From Octopus vulgaris (taxonomy: Eukaryota), in the NCBI GenBank assembly GCA_951406725.2, contig OX597817.1, positions 31,620,001-31,684,000 of the forward strand: DNA of 64,000 nt, read 5' to 3'. Shown piece after piece: positions 26,995-39,859 of this stretch. Within the stretch, counting starts at the first letter, position 1. Every line of letters starts with the position of its first letter. Both the position numbers and the translations under genes were made by a program. The notes beneath the pieces were generated by a model. It did not search any database and was not told where the DNA came from. It saw nothing but the letters and a program-made list of their open reading frames with translations.

Positions 26995-27198
26995 TATTAA
27001 GTAAAAAGAGGTAGGTTTTGGATAAAAGTATATATTTAGCGCTTTCGCTCCTTTCGGGAATACATCATGAATAATTTCTTATAGAAAATTCTATAAGAAA
27101 ATTCCATAAGAAATCATTCCTGGTGAAACCCTGAAAAGAACAGAAACGCTAAATAAATAGTTTTTATCCAAATCCTGACAACCTCTTTTTTCTTAATG
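26995..27198. repeat. Degenerate inverted repeat (arms about 90 bp)
   Basis: TTAAGTAAAAAGAGGT..TTTGGATAAAAG..TATTTAGCG..TTCTTATAGAA pairs with TTCCATAAGAA..CGCTAAATA..TTTTATCCAAA..ACCTCTTTTTTCTTAA. Confidence 0.75.
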
Positions 27199-27556
27199 TA
27201 TATATCTGTGTGTATGTGCTTGTGCATGCGTGCGTGTGTGTGTGTGTATGTATGTGTGTGTGTGTAAGTATAAATGTATGTATATATGTATGTATAACGG
27301 CTAACATATACGCAACATCACCTCTACCTTCCAAAGGGAATAACTACACTAGAGACAAAAGCATCTCCAGATCTGAATTAGGGTCACTACAGTGCCAAAG
27401 CTTTCTATATTTTTTCAAAAAAGTAAATTTCTTCATCCAGTAGCAATTAATTGATGAACGCCATATTATTTCACTCTGATGCCAAAGCTATGCTAGAGAT
27501 TCTAGAGAAATAATGTTGTTCTGTCGCCAGCAATCTTAATGCAGCTTTACAGAGTA

Positions 27557-27785
27557 TTAGCAGTATCGCCCGGCGTTGCTCGGGTTTATTTCGACCCTTT
27601 AGAATTGGAATTTTTGAAAAGTAAAAATTTTGCATTGTGTAGCTTGTTATTATCTTTAAGTGAACATTTTTCTGGTTGAAATACACCGAAAAATGGCGAC
27701 ACAGCAGTCAAAAAATCGTAAAAAATAGGGATTTTCATAGAAAAAAAAGCACCTTTTTGATGTAGATAATTTTGGCTGTTAACAT
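27557..27785 (-). mobile_element. Non-autonomous Helitron 3' end
   Basis: Minus strand CCCGAGCAACGCCGGG hairpin followed by GATACTGCTAA|T, the same end as 36041-36412. Confidence 0.75.
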
Positions 27786-28186
27786 ACTCTTTTACTCTTT
27801 TACTTGTTTCAGTCATTTGACTGTGGTCATGCTGGAGCACCGCCTTTAATCGAGCAACTCGACCCCGGGACTTATTCTTTTGTAAGCCCGGTACTTATTC
27901 TATCGGTCTCTTTTGCCGAACCGCTAAGTAACGGGGACATAAACACACCAAAGCATCGGTTGTCAAGCAATGCTAAGGAGACAAACACACACACGCATAC
28001 ATATATATATATATATATATATACGACGGGCTTCTTTCAGTCTCCGTCTACCAAATCCACTCACAAGACTTTGGTTGGCCCGAGGCTATAGTAGAAGACA
28101 CTTGCCCAAGGTTCCACGCAATGGGACTGAACCCGGAACCATGTGGTTGGTTAGCAAGCTACTTACCACACAGCCACTCCAGCGCC
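27786..28186 (-). mobile_element. SINE family A, full length
   Basis: Matches the 36707 copy in reverse. Confidence 0.92.
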
Positions 28187-28426
28187 TGGTTCGAATTAAA
28201 TATTTTCTTCTACGGAAGAAAGAGCAAGCCTTCTTCTATCATACTCTCATTTTTTATCAACTTGCGTCGCTGGGTCTCGGAAGTGATAGTGTTAGTTGAA
28301 GGCTCCCAAACCTGCCATACACAGACAACTTCAGCTTTATATAGAGAGAGATTGATGAAGTAAATCCTCAACATATTTCCCTAGCTTTTTGTATGTATGT
28401 ATATTTGTACATATATTTATGTTTGT

Positions 28427-28486
<60 letters not shown>

Positions 28487-28599
28487 ATGCATATATGTGA
28501 GTGTATGTTGTGTGTGTTCATACATATTCAGATGAACAAATTGTTAAAATAGCTATATATATAAAATTATGTATACCATGTATACACATGCGCGTTAAT

Positions 28600-28970
28600 A
28601 CTGGTTTCAAATTTTTACACAAGGCCAGCAATTTCCGTGGAAGGGATTACATCGACCCCAATAATGTTCAACTGGTATTTATTGTATCGACTCCGAAAGG
28701 ATGAAAGACAAAGTCGACCCTGGCAGAATTTGAACTCAGAACGTAAATACAAAATACCTATTTCTTTATTACCCACAAGGGGCTAAACATAGAGGAGACA
28801 GACATAGGTATTAAGTCGATTATATCGACCCCAGTGCTTAACTGGTACTTAATTTATCGACCCCGAAAGGATGAAAGGCAAAGTCGACCTCGGCGGAATT
28901 TGAACTCAGAACGTAACGACAGACGAAATACCGCTAAGCATTTCACCTGGCATGCAAATGGTTCTGCCTT
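28600..28970 (-). mobile_element. SINE family B, tandem dimer
   Basis: Two bodies joined at AAATAC|CTATTTCTTT (about 28755). Confidence 0.85.
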
Positions 28971-29289
28971 CACGTGCGCGTCAATATTAACAAAGAAGAA
29001 AAAAATAGTATTCAATATATGGCGCAGAACTTATTTTATTGAGAAACAATTGATGAGTCACTTCAAATTCCTTTCCCTGAGCCAAGAGTTTTACGCGTCT
29101 GAAAGCTAATAAGAAGAAACCTCCTCCGATGGCGAGCGTTGCAAATTAACTTTGATTCGGTTGAAGGATATATTTATTCGGCTTTTTACATCTTGACAGA
29201 CGATCTAAGTAGCAGAGAATGTTTGAGTACTCATATTCTTCTTCCTACAGCTTCTCTTATGGCTGATTCTTCCTATGTTTGCTGAGCAG

Positions 29290-29640
29290 GTTCTACTGCA
29301 AAATTTGCAAATAAGAGAGGTATTGCAAGGCTGCAGAGTGTTGTCTTTCTTTATTTGGTGTTTTGCTTCTAGGGTTAGGATGTTTTCTTCCTTTGCTCAC
29401 TGAGGTTTTCAATGTTGTTCTATTCTCAGCTAATTTTCCCCAAGTCTTTACATCGATGTGGTTATGCTTCTCTTGCATGTGTCCTTAAATCTCAGCTTTG
29501 GTCGTCCTCTGGATTTGTTACCCTGAGACAAGTCGCCATATAACAGTGGCTTGAGAATTCTGTTGTCATCCATCCTCTTCACATGTCCAACCCCTCTCAC
29601 TCTTCTTGTACAGAATAGCTGTCATGCTTGTAAGTGCTAT
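29290..29640 (-). pseudogene. RTE-clade LINE C-terminal relic
   Basis: Minus strand GVGHVKRMDDNRILKPLLYGDLSQGNKSRGRPKLRFKD matches the RTE motif GHV.RM.D.R.PK.LLYGEL..G.R..GRP..R.KD. Confidence 0.75.
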
Positions 29641-29732
29641 CTGCAACATTATTATTATTTTTTTTTTATACAAAGCCTTCATAAAATTTAGAAGTTTGGA
29701 GTGTCTTTACCGACGAAAGTACAGGTGGATAG

Positions 29733-30116
29733 TGGAGGTGCAATGGCCTAGTGGTTAGGGCAGCGGACTCGCGGTCATAGGATCGCGGTTTCGATTCCCA
29801 GACCGAGCGTTGTGAGTGTTTATTGAGCGAAAACACCTAAAGCTCCACGAGGCTCCGGCAGGGGATGGTGGTGATCCCTGCTGTACTCTTTCACCACAAC
29901 TTTCTCTCACTCTTACTTCCTGTTTCTGTTGTACCTGTATTTCAAGGAGCCGGCCTTGTCACTCTCTGTGTCACGCTGAATATCCCCGAGAACTGCGTTA
30001 AGGGTACACGTGTCTGTGGAGTGCTCAGCCACTTACACGTTAATTTCACGAGCAGGCTGTTCCATTGATTCGGATCAACCGGAACCCTCGTCGTCGTAAC
30101 CGACGGAGTGCTTCCC
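29733..30116 (+). mobile_element. SINE family C, full length
   Basis: A and B boxes TGGCCTAGTGG and GTTTCGATTCC. 12-bp TSD ACAGGTGGATAG at 29721-29732 and 30117-30128. Confidence 0.92.
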
Positions 30117-30617
30117 ACAGGTGGATAGGAAGCTTTCGGATCATTGGTCCCTCAGTTTTTATACGATTTGAACAGGGATGCAGAGTTTCTCTCATATACC
30201 TCGATTTAGATTAATTCAAATCCTTGTAGTAACGATTGTTGAAAATTTTTGATGTAAATCCTGTGTCGCATAGGTGTGTTATGGATATTTAATAGAAAAC
30301 TGCTTTGGAGGGATAGAATGCATACATACATACACACATACACGCATACACACACATACATAATACATACATACATACATGCATACATACATACATACAT
30401 ACATACATACATACACATACACACATACTACATACATATATACACATATATATGTATATATATGTGTGTATGTATGTATGTATGGAAGGCTGGGTGGACG
30501 GATGTATCTATGTAGGCGTGTGCGCGTATGTGTAAGCGTATGTGTATGCGTTATACCTCTCTCTCTCTCTTTATACATACATACATACATACATACATAC
30601 ATACATACATACATACA

Positions 30618-30691
<74 letters not shown>

Positions 30692-31105
30692 TGTTTACAT
30701 ATAGAGTGATGCATGCACACACAAACACACACATATAACCCAATATATATACACACGCATACTAACATATTCATATATTCATACATATGCATGCATAAAC
30801 ACAAACACACACACACACATATATGTATAATAAGACACATCGACCCATGCATACAGACGGTTTCATTTTCAAAATATACGACTCATGCAAAGAAATCTTC
30901 AAGAGCTATTTCAAAGTGAGGATTTCTGTTTTCATTGCTTCGACATATGGCAAGCAGGATGAGTCCCCGTTGCTAGTTGAATGAGAGTTTTAAACCTTCC
31001 ACATAAACGCATTACTGAAAATGGGCATTTGACTTCATTAGTGTGATAAATAGAATATGATTAGTTAATCTGTGTTTTAATAGAGCATCGAGCTCAGCGG
31101 TAAAA

Positions 31106-31729
31106 GACTAGCTTTGCTAGCTGAAACTTTTTTTTTTTGTAAGATTTCTTACTCTTTACTCTTTTACTCTTTTACTAGCTTCAGTCATTTGACTGTGGCC
31201 ATGCTGGAACACCGCCTTTAGTCGAGCAAATTGACCCCCTGGACTTATTCTTTGTAAGCCTGGTACTTATTCTATCGGTCTCTTTTGCCGAACAGCTAAG
31301 TTACGGGGACGTAAACAAACCAGCATCGGTTGTCAAGTGATGTTAGGGGGACAAACACAGACTAGTTTTGCTAGCTGAACCTTTTTTTTTTTACTCTTTA
31401 CTCTTTTACTTGTTTCAGTCATTTGACTGCGGCCATACTGGAACACCGCCTTTAGTCGAGCAAATTGACCCCCTGGACTTATTCTTTGTTAGCCTGGTAC
31501 TTATTCTATCGGTCTCTTTTGCCGAACCGCTAAGTTACGGTGACGTAAACACACCAGCATCGGTTGTCAAGTGATGTTAGGGGGGCCAAACACAGACACA
31601 CAAATATGTACACACACATACATATATACATATATATACGACAGGCTTCTTTCAGTTTCCGTCTAACAGATCTATTCACAAGACTTTGGTCGGACCGAGG
31701 CTATAGTAGAAGACACTTGCCCAAGGTGC
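31106..31729 (-). mobile_element. SINE family A 3' half, locally tandem-duplicated together with its flank
   Basis: GACTAG(C/T)TTTGCTAGCTGAA-poly(T) plus the SINE tail occurs twice (about 31106 and 31360). Confidence 0.85.
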
Positions 31730-31934
31730 TACTTCTTAAGAATCCTGTAAACTTTTAAACAAAACTGTTAATATTAGTATAAAAATATCAGAATTACTTG
31801 AAAGTAAATGCCTCTTCTTATCCAATGTAGCCTAAATTATCGAAGCCTGTATGTAAGCAATTAAGGATAAATATTATTTTCTATTACTATTTATATTATT
31901 TACTATTTGTTAGCAGGCCTTGTGCCTAGAGTGG

Positions 31935-32820
31935 AGATAATTATTATTTATTTAGATTTTTTTTCTTTTAGCGTTAACGAGAGCAAGTCGGTGCCTTTTG
32001 TTGGTTGCAGTGTTTTATTTTCGTGTTAGCATTTCTTTTTCTGTTAAAAGTGTTTTACCTAATATATGTGCAGTACCTGGTTGTGCGGTTTCCTGTAAGT
32101 TGCATATATATGTAAGTCCTGTAGCTTTGGTTATATAGTTACTCTTTTACTCTTTTACTTGTTTCAGTCATTTGACTGCGGCCATGCTGGAGCACCGCCT
32201 TTAATCGAGCAAATCTACCCTGGGACTTATTCTTTTGTAAGCCCAGTACTTATTCTATCGGTCTTTTTTGCCGAACCGCTAAGTAACGGGGACATAAACA
32301 CACCAGCATCGGTTGTCAAGCAATGCTAGGAGGACAAACACAGACACACAAACATACACACATACATATATATATATATACATATATACGACAGGCTTCT
32401 TTTAGTTTCCGTCTACCAAATTCACTCACAAGGCATTAGTCGGCCCGGGGCTATAGCAGAAGACACTTGCCCAAGATGCCACGCAGTGGGACTGAACCCG
32501 GAACCATGTGGTTGGTTAGCAAGCTACTTACCACACAGCCACTCCTGCGCCTATAGCCACTCTCTGAATATTTTTAATTACTCTCAAGGTACCTATTATT
32601 AAGTGCTTTGGGGATAGTTTCTCTATTTTGAGGCTTTATATAAGGTATCTTTTAGGGATACATTATAGTCTTCTGGGACTAACACTTCGATTTGATGGTA
32701 CATCATTTCCTGATTGTGCTTGACTACAATATACGGCAATTTTGTCTCAATGTTCCCATGCCTGTAGATTAGCATACTCCCTAGAGTACTGTCATTTTAT
32801 CATTTTCTGAGAAGCTATCC
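31935..32820 (-). pseudogene. R4/Dong-like non-LTR element, restriction-like endonuclease relic, split by a SINE
   Basis: Minus strand KLPYIVVK...IEVLVPEDYNVSLK...LIIGTLRVIK (32560-32750), then ...LQETAQPGTAHILGKTL (32040-32135). Compare RPDIVV..IDV.VP.D.N..K...IGALG...LGTAHILR. Confidence 0.6.
32140..32551 (-). mobile_element. SINE family A, full length
   Basis: Complete head and tail. Imperfect 12-bp TSD TATAG(TT/CC)ACTCT. Confidence 0.92.
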
Positions 32821-33551
32821 CAGATGGTCCGAAATGTAAAATTTATTAAATCATCCATAACTTTTGTATTATCCTCTCAAATTACACCAAAATCTCAGAC
32901 AATAACAATTAATATTGTATTTATTGTCTGTGAAAATTATAGAAACTAAAACAACTTTGATAAAAACTTATACCTAATTTTCTGACAAAAACAATGCCGT
33001 TCTGAACATTTTGGCCGCAACTGTAGGAGTGATTTTCAAATTGAGCTGCTTAGGAAAATATCAGGTAGAAAAATCTGTTAAAAGTTTACGTTCACTCGGA
33101 CAAAACAAGTAATCAGTACCACATGGCTATAAATTATATATGGCCAGGCCATTTTAAAGAGTTATAGAAAGACCATCGAAGAAGAGAATTTAGAAACATT
33201 AATAGAAACATTAATTAAACATTAATATCATAATATATATGATATATTTATTAGAGTAAATGTAGCGGATAGGACTGAACAGTTTCAACCCAAGTGTCAC
33301 AGGTTTAGCTTAAAGGACCACAAGCCAACCATCTATGATTATTTCACAATTAGGCTAAGGTACTGAGTTATTAGAGTGAGTAAAAGAATAATGGATTGAA
33401 CATTAGCGCATAGTAGAGAAATATCATGACATAACTCTCGTTCTTTTATCACTTATATACTAACACTGATGATGATGATGATCGGTTACGTGACATTATG
33501 AGTAAAATCTTATGATGTCTTTTAGCTTCAATAAAGTGCTACATATATATA

Positions 33552-34000
33552 CTGTAATGCCTCGATATATGAGGTAATTTGTTCCCGGAGACCGCTCGTA
33601 TAGCGGAAACTCGTAAAGCAGAGCAATAATTTCCCATAATAGCAATGTTATAAGTCGTAATTCGTTCCCAGAAAAATGTTTAACCTATAAAATTTATAAT
33701 ATTCGTAAATAAACAAATAAAGGCAATAAAATGTAAAGAATATTTTATGTAAAGTAAAAATAATGTCAAAATCATTTATAATAAAAAATATTATTATTAC
33801 AATCAGTTCTGAATCATTTTCACTTACAAAAGACTCGTGCGCCACATCGAGTGTAGACGCAATCGCCGATTCACAAGCACTCGTAGACGGACTTGTAGAT
33901 TTCTTTAGAGTTGTTTGCTTAGAAGTAACATTTTTTCGCTCTCAATAAATTTCTCAGTAACACACGGAAGCATGGCACGATCATGGCAGTAGAAACCTTA
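33552..34000 (-). mobile_element. Tigger/pogo-like transposon end relic
   Basis: TA-CTGTAATGCCTCGATATATGAG..TAATTTGTTCC resembles a Tigger TIR. The minus strand ...TSKQTTLKK resembles a Tigger C-terminus. No second TIR was found. Confidence 0.45.
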
Positions 34001-34507
34001 GCATTTCGTTGAAAATTTGGATTTTTCTGCTTGAAAAATACCACTCATAAACCTGGGGGTCTAGTAAAGCGGTTAAGCGGGTCCTCATAACGATCATACT
34101 AATCATCCTAACAAATGGTTATCATGACTCAGATTTTCGTGTGAAATCATTACTGATACTTCGCACTCATCAGATGAACACGTCATGTATCCGAGTCTCA
34201 TTCTAGCAAACAATGGTTATTTCGTACTATGTATGTAGTGCGCATGCACATACACATGCACTAGCACATACACACACACACACACAGAGGCACGCATGCA
34301 GTCACACACACATATGCACACGCACGCGCACACATATACACGCACAGACTCACACACACATGTACTGTATACATATACTGTACGCTGATGCATATACAAA
34401 AGATTATACGTGTGTATCTGTTTATATGTATGTGTATGTACGTTTGTATGTCTGCATTGAATGAGGGAAATATTGTACACACGTACATATATACAGTGAT
34501 TAAAGTG

Positions 34508-34546
<39 letters not shown>

Positions 34547-34699
34547 CATATTTACAGAGAGAGAGGGGGGGAGAGGGAGAGAAGGAAAGAAAGAAAGAAA
34601 GAGAGAGAGATAAATAAGTATCTACTTTATGTATTTACTCATCTCTCTTTCTCTCTAGAGAGAGAGAAGGGGGAAGAAGAGGGGAGAGAGATAAATAAG

Positions 34700-34779
<80 letters not shown>

Positions 34780-35014
34780 TTATGCTAGTGAGGGAAAGTA
34801 TGAGTGCGCGAGAATAATAAAGTTAACTGACCCTATCTCGGTGTCTCTAAGGTGATGACAGCTCACTCAACACATCCTATCTATTGCGTCAACATATGGC
34901 GGTATCGTCCAGAGCTTCCTTCCTTTACAGCATATAGGGAATAAACTCACAGACATAGACAAAACATATGATATAAATTTACTAATAATTAAATCCCCGC
35001 ATATTTCTTTGAAG

Positions 35015-35628
35015 TGGAGGCACATGGCCTAGTGGTTAGAGCAGTGGACTCGCGGTCGAGGGATCGCAGGTTCGAATTTCAGACCGGATGATGTGTGTGT
35101 TTATGAGCGAAACACCTAAGTTCCACGCGGCAATGGCGAACTTCTGTGGACCCCGCTGTACTCTTTCACCACAACTTTCTCTCACTCTTTTTTCCTACTT
35201 CTGCCACAAAGCAGAGGAACCATGGTGTAACCCACTATAGTGTGGTAAGCTTTCAGACCCTAGTCTAGATTGCGAATCCTTTGTACCCCAGGATGGTTCA
35301 GCTCTCCACCCGTTAAAAGCCACCGTTTACGGAATGAGGATAACAACGTAGCTTTCGCCCCCGTGCAACCGCCAGTCTATCGCGTGTGGTGGATGGATCA
35401 TCAAGTTGCCACACGCATTCTTAGTAGCTTAGAGTAGGCTCGAATTAGAGATTATTCTTTGTGGCTAATGGCGAGAGTCCTGATTGGAAGAAGAAGAAGA
35501 AGAAGAAGAAGAAGAAGAAGAAGAAGAAGAAGAAGAAGAAGAAGAAGAAGAAGAAGAAGAAGAAGAAGAAGAAGAAGAAGAAGAAGAAGAAGAAGAAGAA
35601 GAAGAAGAAGAAGAAGAAGAAGAAGAAG
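35015..35628 (+). mobile_element. SINE family C head with a different 3' region ending in a long (GAA)n tail
   Basis: Head GGAGGCACATGGCCTAGTGGTTAGAGC...GGTTCGAATTTC, with (GAA)n at 35487-35628. Confidence 0.75.
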
Positions 35629-36040
35629 ACAGCAGCAACTCTGTGTCTGGTATTATCTCTACTAAAAGCGTTCGCAACCGCCATTGACAATATCACAAGT
35701 TTTCAACTGCGAATATTATGGAAGCTGGTACATAATATGTCAAGGAAACATGACAAATTTTATTGACACGAAGAAGCAATCAGTGACTCTCCCTTAACGC
35801 TGAAGGATGGAACATTGGGAGAGACATCGAAAAATTTAACCCAGAATCACAGGAAAACCAACAAGCCCACCCACGCCCACTAACTGCTACGTACTGCTCG
35901 ATGTATTTTTATTTCTCTTAAAACGTGACTCAATTGCTTCAAAATTGCTTGAATCTGATAGCACATTTTGATAAAAATTAAAATATTTTACTTCTTTTGT
36001 CTATAATGAAGTTCTCAAAGCATTTTGTTTTTGTTTTTAA

Positions 36041-36412
36041 TCTTTATATATAAAAGTAAGGTTGTGTGTCTGTCTACTCCGATTTAGATTCCTAACTACT
36101 CCCACATTTTGCGGTGCAATTTAACCAAAACCGGGTATCCTATAGTCGTAATTCATATCGAGCCCTTTTGGGTATTAGCGCGCGTCTACGATGAGTCTAC
36201 GATTTTAAAAATAATTTACCATCATTTTTTCCATTTTAATGCATATTTTTTAAAATATAAGGGAAGTAACTCTCCAAAAATGTCTACGATGAATCAACGA
36301 TTTAAAAAAAAATTTACCATCATATTTTTTGCATTTTTTTGCTATAACTCTCTAAAAATGCTTTATAGTTATTTCCCTTACAAACCCGAGCAACGCCGGG
36401 TGATACTGCTAG
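36041..36412 (+). mobile_element. Complete non-autonomous Helitron (372 bp)
   Basis: A|TC start, subterminal hairpin CCCGAGCAACGCCGGG (36385-36400), CTAG|T end, and no TSD. Confidence 0.88.
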
Positions 36413-36472
36413 TAAATATATAAATTTCCTCATGTAAAATCCCTTAAACGTTTTCAACACGCGCGCGCGAAA

Positions 36473-36517
<45 letters not shown>

Positions 36518-36706
36518 TCCAAACACACGCACACATATACATACAGATATACATGCACACATATCCTCAGCCATTAGGCAGGCTCTTGTTTCCAATCCAT
36601 TCTTTAATGCAGTCAATCTAAAAATGTCTTTGAAAGCCTTTTGCAGTCTCTCTTCATTGTCACTTCCTTATCTTAAGCAGTGACACGCGGCGAATTGTAT
36701 GTAAAA

Positions 36707-36877
36707 GGCGCAGGAGTGGCTGTGTGGTAAGTAGCTTGCCTACTAACCACATGGTTCCGGGTTCAGTCCCACTGCGTGGAATATTGGGCAAGTGTCTTCT
36801 GCTATAGCCCCGGGCCGACCAATGCCTTGTGAGTGGATTTGGTAGACGGAAACTGAAAGAAGCCTGTCGTATATATG

Positions 36878-36934
<57 letters not shown>

Positions 36935-37150
36935 ATGTGTTTGTTTGTCTGTATTTGTCCCCCTAGCATTGCTTGACAACCGATGCTGGTGTGTTTACGT
37001 CCCCGTTACTTAGCGGTTCGGCAAAAGAGAACGATATAATAAGTACTGGGCTTACAAAGAATACGTCCTGGGGTCGATTTGCTCGACTAAAGGTGGTGCT
37101 CCAGCATGGCCACAGTCAAAGGACTGAAACAGGTAAAAGAGTAAAAGAGT
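36707..37150 (+). mobile_element. SINE family A, full length
   Basis: GGCGCAGGAGTGGCTGTGTGG...GGGTTCAGTCCC head, internal microsatellite, and a (GTAAAAGA)n tail. Confidence 0.93.
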
Positions 37151-37159
37151 ATATTATTG

Positions 37160-38250
37160 TAAAATTGATTCTCGAGAAGAGAAGTCTTTGAACTTTCAGC
37201 TTTTCTACTACAGCAACATTGTTAACCTACCTTTCCAGCATATGTTGCCCAAGCTGCGAAAGATCCACATTTCAGATGCTTATATCGTGTTCTCCATTGT
37301 TGTGTACAGTGTCTAAGTTTCTATACCGTGGAAGATAATAGGCATAATATAAACGCTTATTAGCTTCAATTTTAGATGAAGTGTTATGTTTTTAAGGTGA
37401 AGATATCTTTCGTTTTATATTGTTTCGGCCTTGTTTATTCTTCCACTAATCTCTTCTAAAGAATGTCCAAACTACATGCACTCTCTTTTTTACTTGTTTA
37501 GGCTTCTGTTCACCTACCTTTATATTGGGTTGTCCGGAAAGTTCGTGCCGATTTATAGTAGCTTACCTTTCGACTTATTTTAGAACATGGTTGAGTCCAT
37601 AAAATAGGATTTGATAACACATCCATTTAGAGCACAGTTTAAGCTACCATTTCGTGGAAGAAGGTTTATGTTCCTATAACCTGTGTTAATTCTCTAACCC
37701 TTTAAAATGGAAGATAAGAAAGTTTATTTTCGGCACTTGATGCTTTGGGAACCAGACAAAAATTGCTGCAGCTCGGCTGGGATGTGTTGCCCCACCGTCC
37801 ATATTTACCAGATATTGCTCCTTCGGATTTCCACTTATTCAGGTCTCTGCAGAATAGTCTTAATGGTAAAAATTTCAATTCCTTGGATGACGTAAAAAGA
37901 TACTTTGATGAATTCTTTGCCATGAAACCACCTCAATTCTGGGAAGAGGGTATTTTCAATGGTTCATATTTGGTTGATTTAAAATGTAATGGCAAGTATT
38001 TATTGACCTTTTTCTTTCCTTTAAGAATCGGCACGAACTTTCCGGACAACCCAATATTTGCTTCCTTTTGTTCTGTCTTATTAACAACCATTGCTTTTGC
38101 TCTCTTTAAATTCATATTTAGCTCTATCTTATCACTTTTTACAATATCAACAATCTCTTGTAATTTCTTGTTGTTGCCTGCCCGCAACGCTGCATCGTCG
38201 GAATACCTCGTACTGTTTACGGTCATACCTTTGAGTGAATCTTTAGATCT
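37160..38250 (-). pseudogene. RTE-clade LINE RT relic, interrupted by a mariner
   Basis: Minus strand VNSTRYSDDAAL...LQEIV...NMNLKRAKAMVV | KVGEQKPKQVK...EISGRINKA...EMWIFRS..ICW contains the YADD-like motif and the EI..RI.KA and EMW motifs. Confidence 0.75.
37525..38054 (+). mobile_element. Internally deleted mariner element (530 bp)
   Basis: Perfect 29-bp TIRs TTGGGTTGTCCGGAAAGTTCGTGCCGATT with TA TSD. The start MEDKKVYFRHLMLWE is joined to the C-terminus LGWDVLPHRPYLPDIAPSDFHLFRSLQN (YSPDLAPSD motif). Confidence 0.95.
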
Positions 38251-38323
38251 CATTTGACACTTTCTCTCTTTCTTTCTCTCTCTTCCTCTTTCCCCCTCTC
38301 TCTCGTTCTGTCTCTCTATATCA

Positions 38324-38367
<44 letters not shown>

Positions 38368-38457
38368 CATACAAATATACATACATACATACATACATAC
38401 ATACATACATACATACATACATACATACATACATACATACATACATACATACATACA

Positions 38458-38855
38458 TTATGGCTGCCCCCTCGTTATCGAGTATGGCCATTGCACGAAG
38501 CTTAACTGTTACTGGTGCTGTGATCGAATTTGACATTTTAGCCCAGCTAAAGATCTACAATGTCTTGTACAAAATTGGCAACTAAAACTTTTACTGGTAA
38601 TAGCCGGCTGTAGTTGTAACTGGGCTTCATGTACCTTTGCATGTCGTTTAAGTCCTCCTGCCGAATTACACTCTCTTCCATATGCCCGACAGATATGATT
38701 AGTATGGTGTGTTACACCAACACCAGTTGTCAGGTTGTCACACATCTGTCTCGTTTTATGACTACAAAGATGACTCATGAGTCCAGCTTTACTGAGGCAG
38801 GGTCTTGCACAGACATTGCATGTCAGAATCAAAGGAAGACCCTTCCCTTCTGGAC
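38458..38855 (-). mobile_element. LINE (RTE-like) 3' end with three tandem C2H2-like zinc fingers and an (ATGT)n tail
   Basis: [42 protein letters not shown] and [15 protein letters not shown], then a short 3' UTR running into (ATGT)n. Confidence 0.65.
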
Positions 38856-38914
38856 ATACATACATACATACATACATACATACATACATACATACATACA
38901 TACATACATACATA

Positions 38915-39380
38915 CAAAGTTGCAAAGGTCGGCTGCCCTGTGGATGTGAATGTACAATCAAAAGTCTAGAAAAGCGAGAACATTAATGACGAATTAATGC
39001 GGAAACTTACAGCTCTTGTACCCTGATTTTCATTTGTACCTATGGTCGCAGGTGCATTACATTATTTACCAACAAATTTGCGCAAAAACTCGGGTGCACG
39101 GAAAAGAGCAGAAGAAACTAACGCAATCTTCAGATACAATCTATCAGTAATCTATTAGTGGCACAGTGAATATTTGTGAGACATTCCAAAAATTCTCCAT
39201 CTGAGACTCTTATGTGAATAGATGCACATTTGGGTGTATGCATAGACAGTTCAACTAATACACCAACCCAAACACATACTTACAAACACCGGGAACTCTT
39301 TTAACTCAAAAAGTCTTGTCACTTTGTTAGCGACTGGCCTGAAGTCTCTCAAGATGAGCTTAAATAAAACTCAAAAGAAA
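38915..39380 (+). pseudogene. R4-like restriction-like endonuclease relic with 3' UTR
   Basis: [13 protein letters not shown]...LQLLYPD..FVPMVAGAL...SISGTVNICETF across frameshifts. Confidence 0.5.
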
Positions 39381-39659
39381 AATCATACATAGAAATATCA
39401 TTATTTCTAATTCTCCCTAAATGAGACTACGGCAACGGTACTGAATATTAATAGTTATCGCCCAGTTCGAAGGTTATAAGGAACACAGGCTGGTGTGTCA
39501 CATAGCTAGCTAGAGGCGATGGCCTCTTGGAGCAAATAACGGCAGCATTCGTCCTATTTTTCTGGACTGCCATGTTAGCTTGGCAATAACTATTAAAAAT
39601 GATACAGATAGATATAACTATAGATATACAAGTATATATGTTAATGTAGATATATATGA

Positions 39660-39706
<47 letters not shown>

Positions 39707-39814
39707 TATCTATTTATATGTATATATATATGTGTATATATGTGTGTATAGATATATGTATATATGCGTGTGTGTGAGTGTGAGTGTATAAATACTACAC
39801 ACAAGCACTCATAG

Positions 39815-39859
<45 letters not shown>

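Noticed and set aside
29733-29805. tRNA gene (also the heads at 1471, 22423, 35015 and 36707)
   Set aside because: A and B boxes are present, but each head continues into a SINE body and tail, in some cases with a TSD. No complete cloverleaf could be drawn.
32820-33025. Tc1-like TIR end (…TTTTGGCCGCAACTG-TA)
   Set aside because: No matching second TIR or transposase was found, so it is too weak to call.
35445-35766. Poly-E/K/R/F/S ORFs
   Set aside because: They are translations of the (GAA)n tail.
37745-38257. SETMAR-like or intact transposase gene
   Set aside because: This is only the C-terminal part of a deleted mariner, reading through the TIR into antisense LINE sequence.
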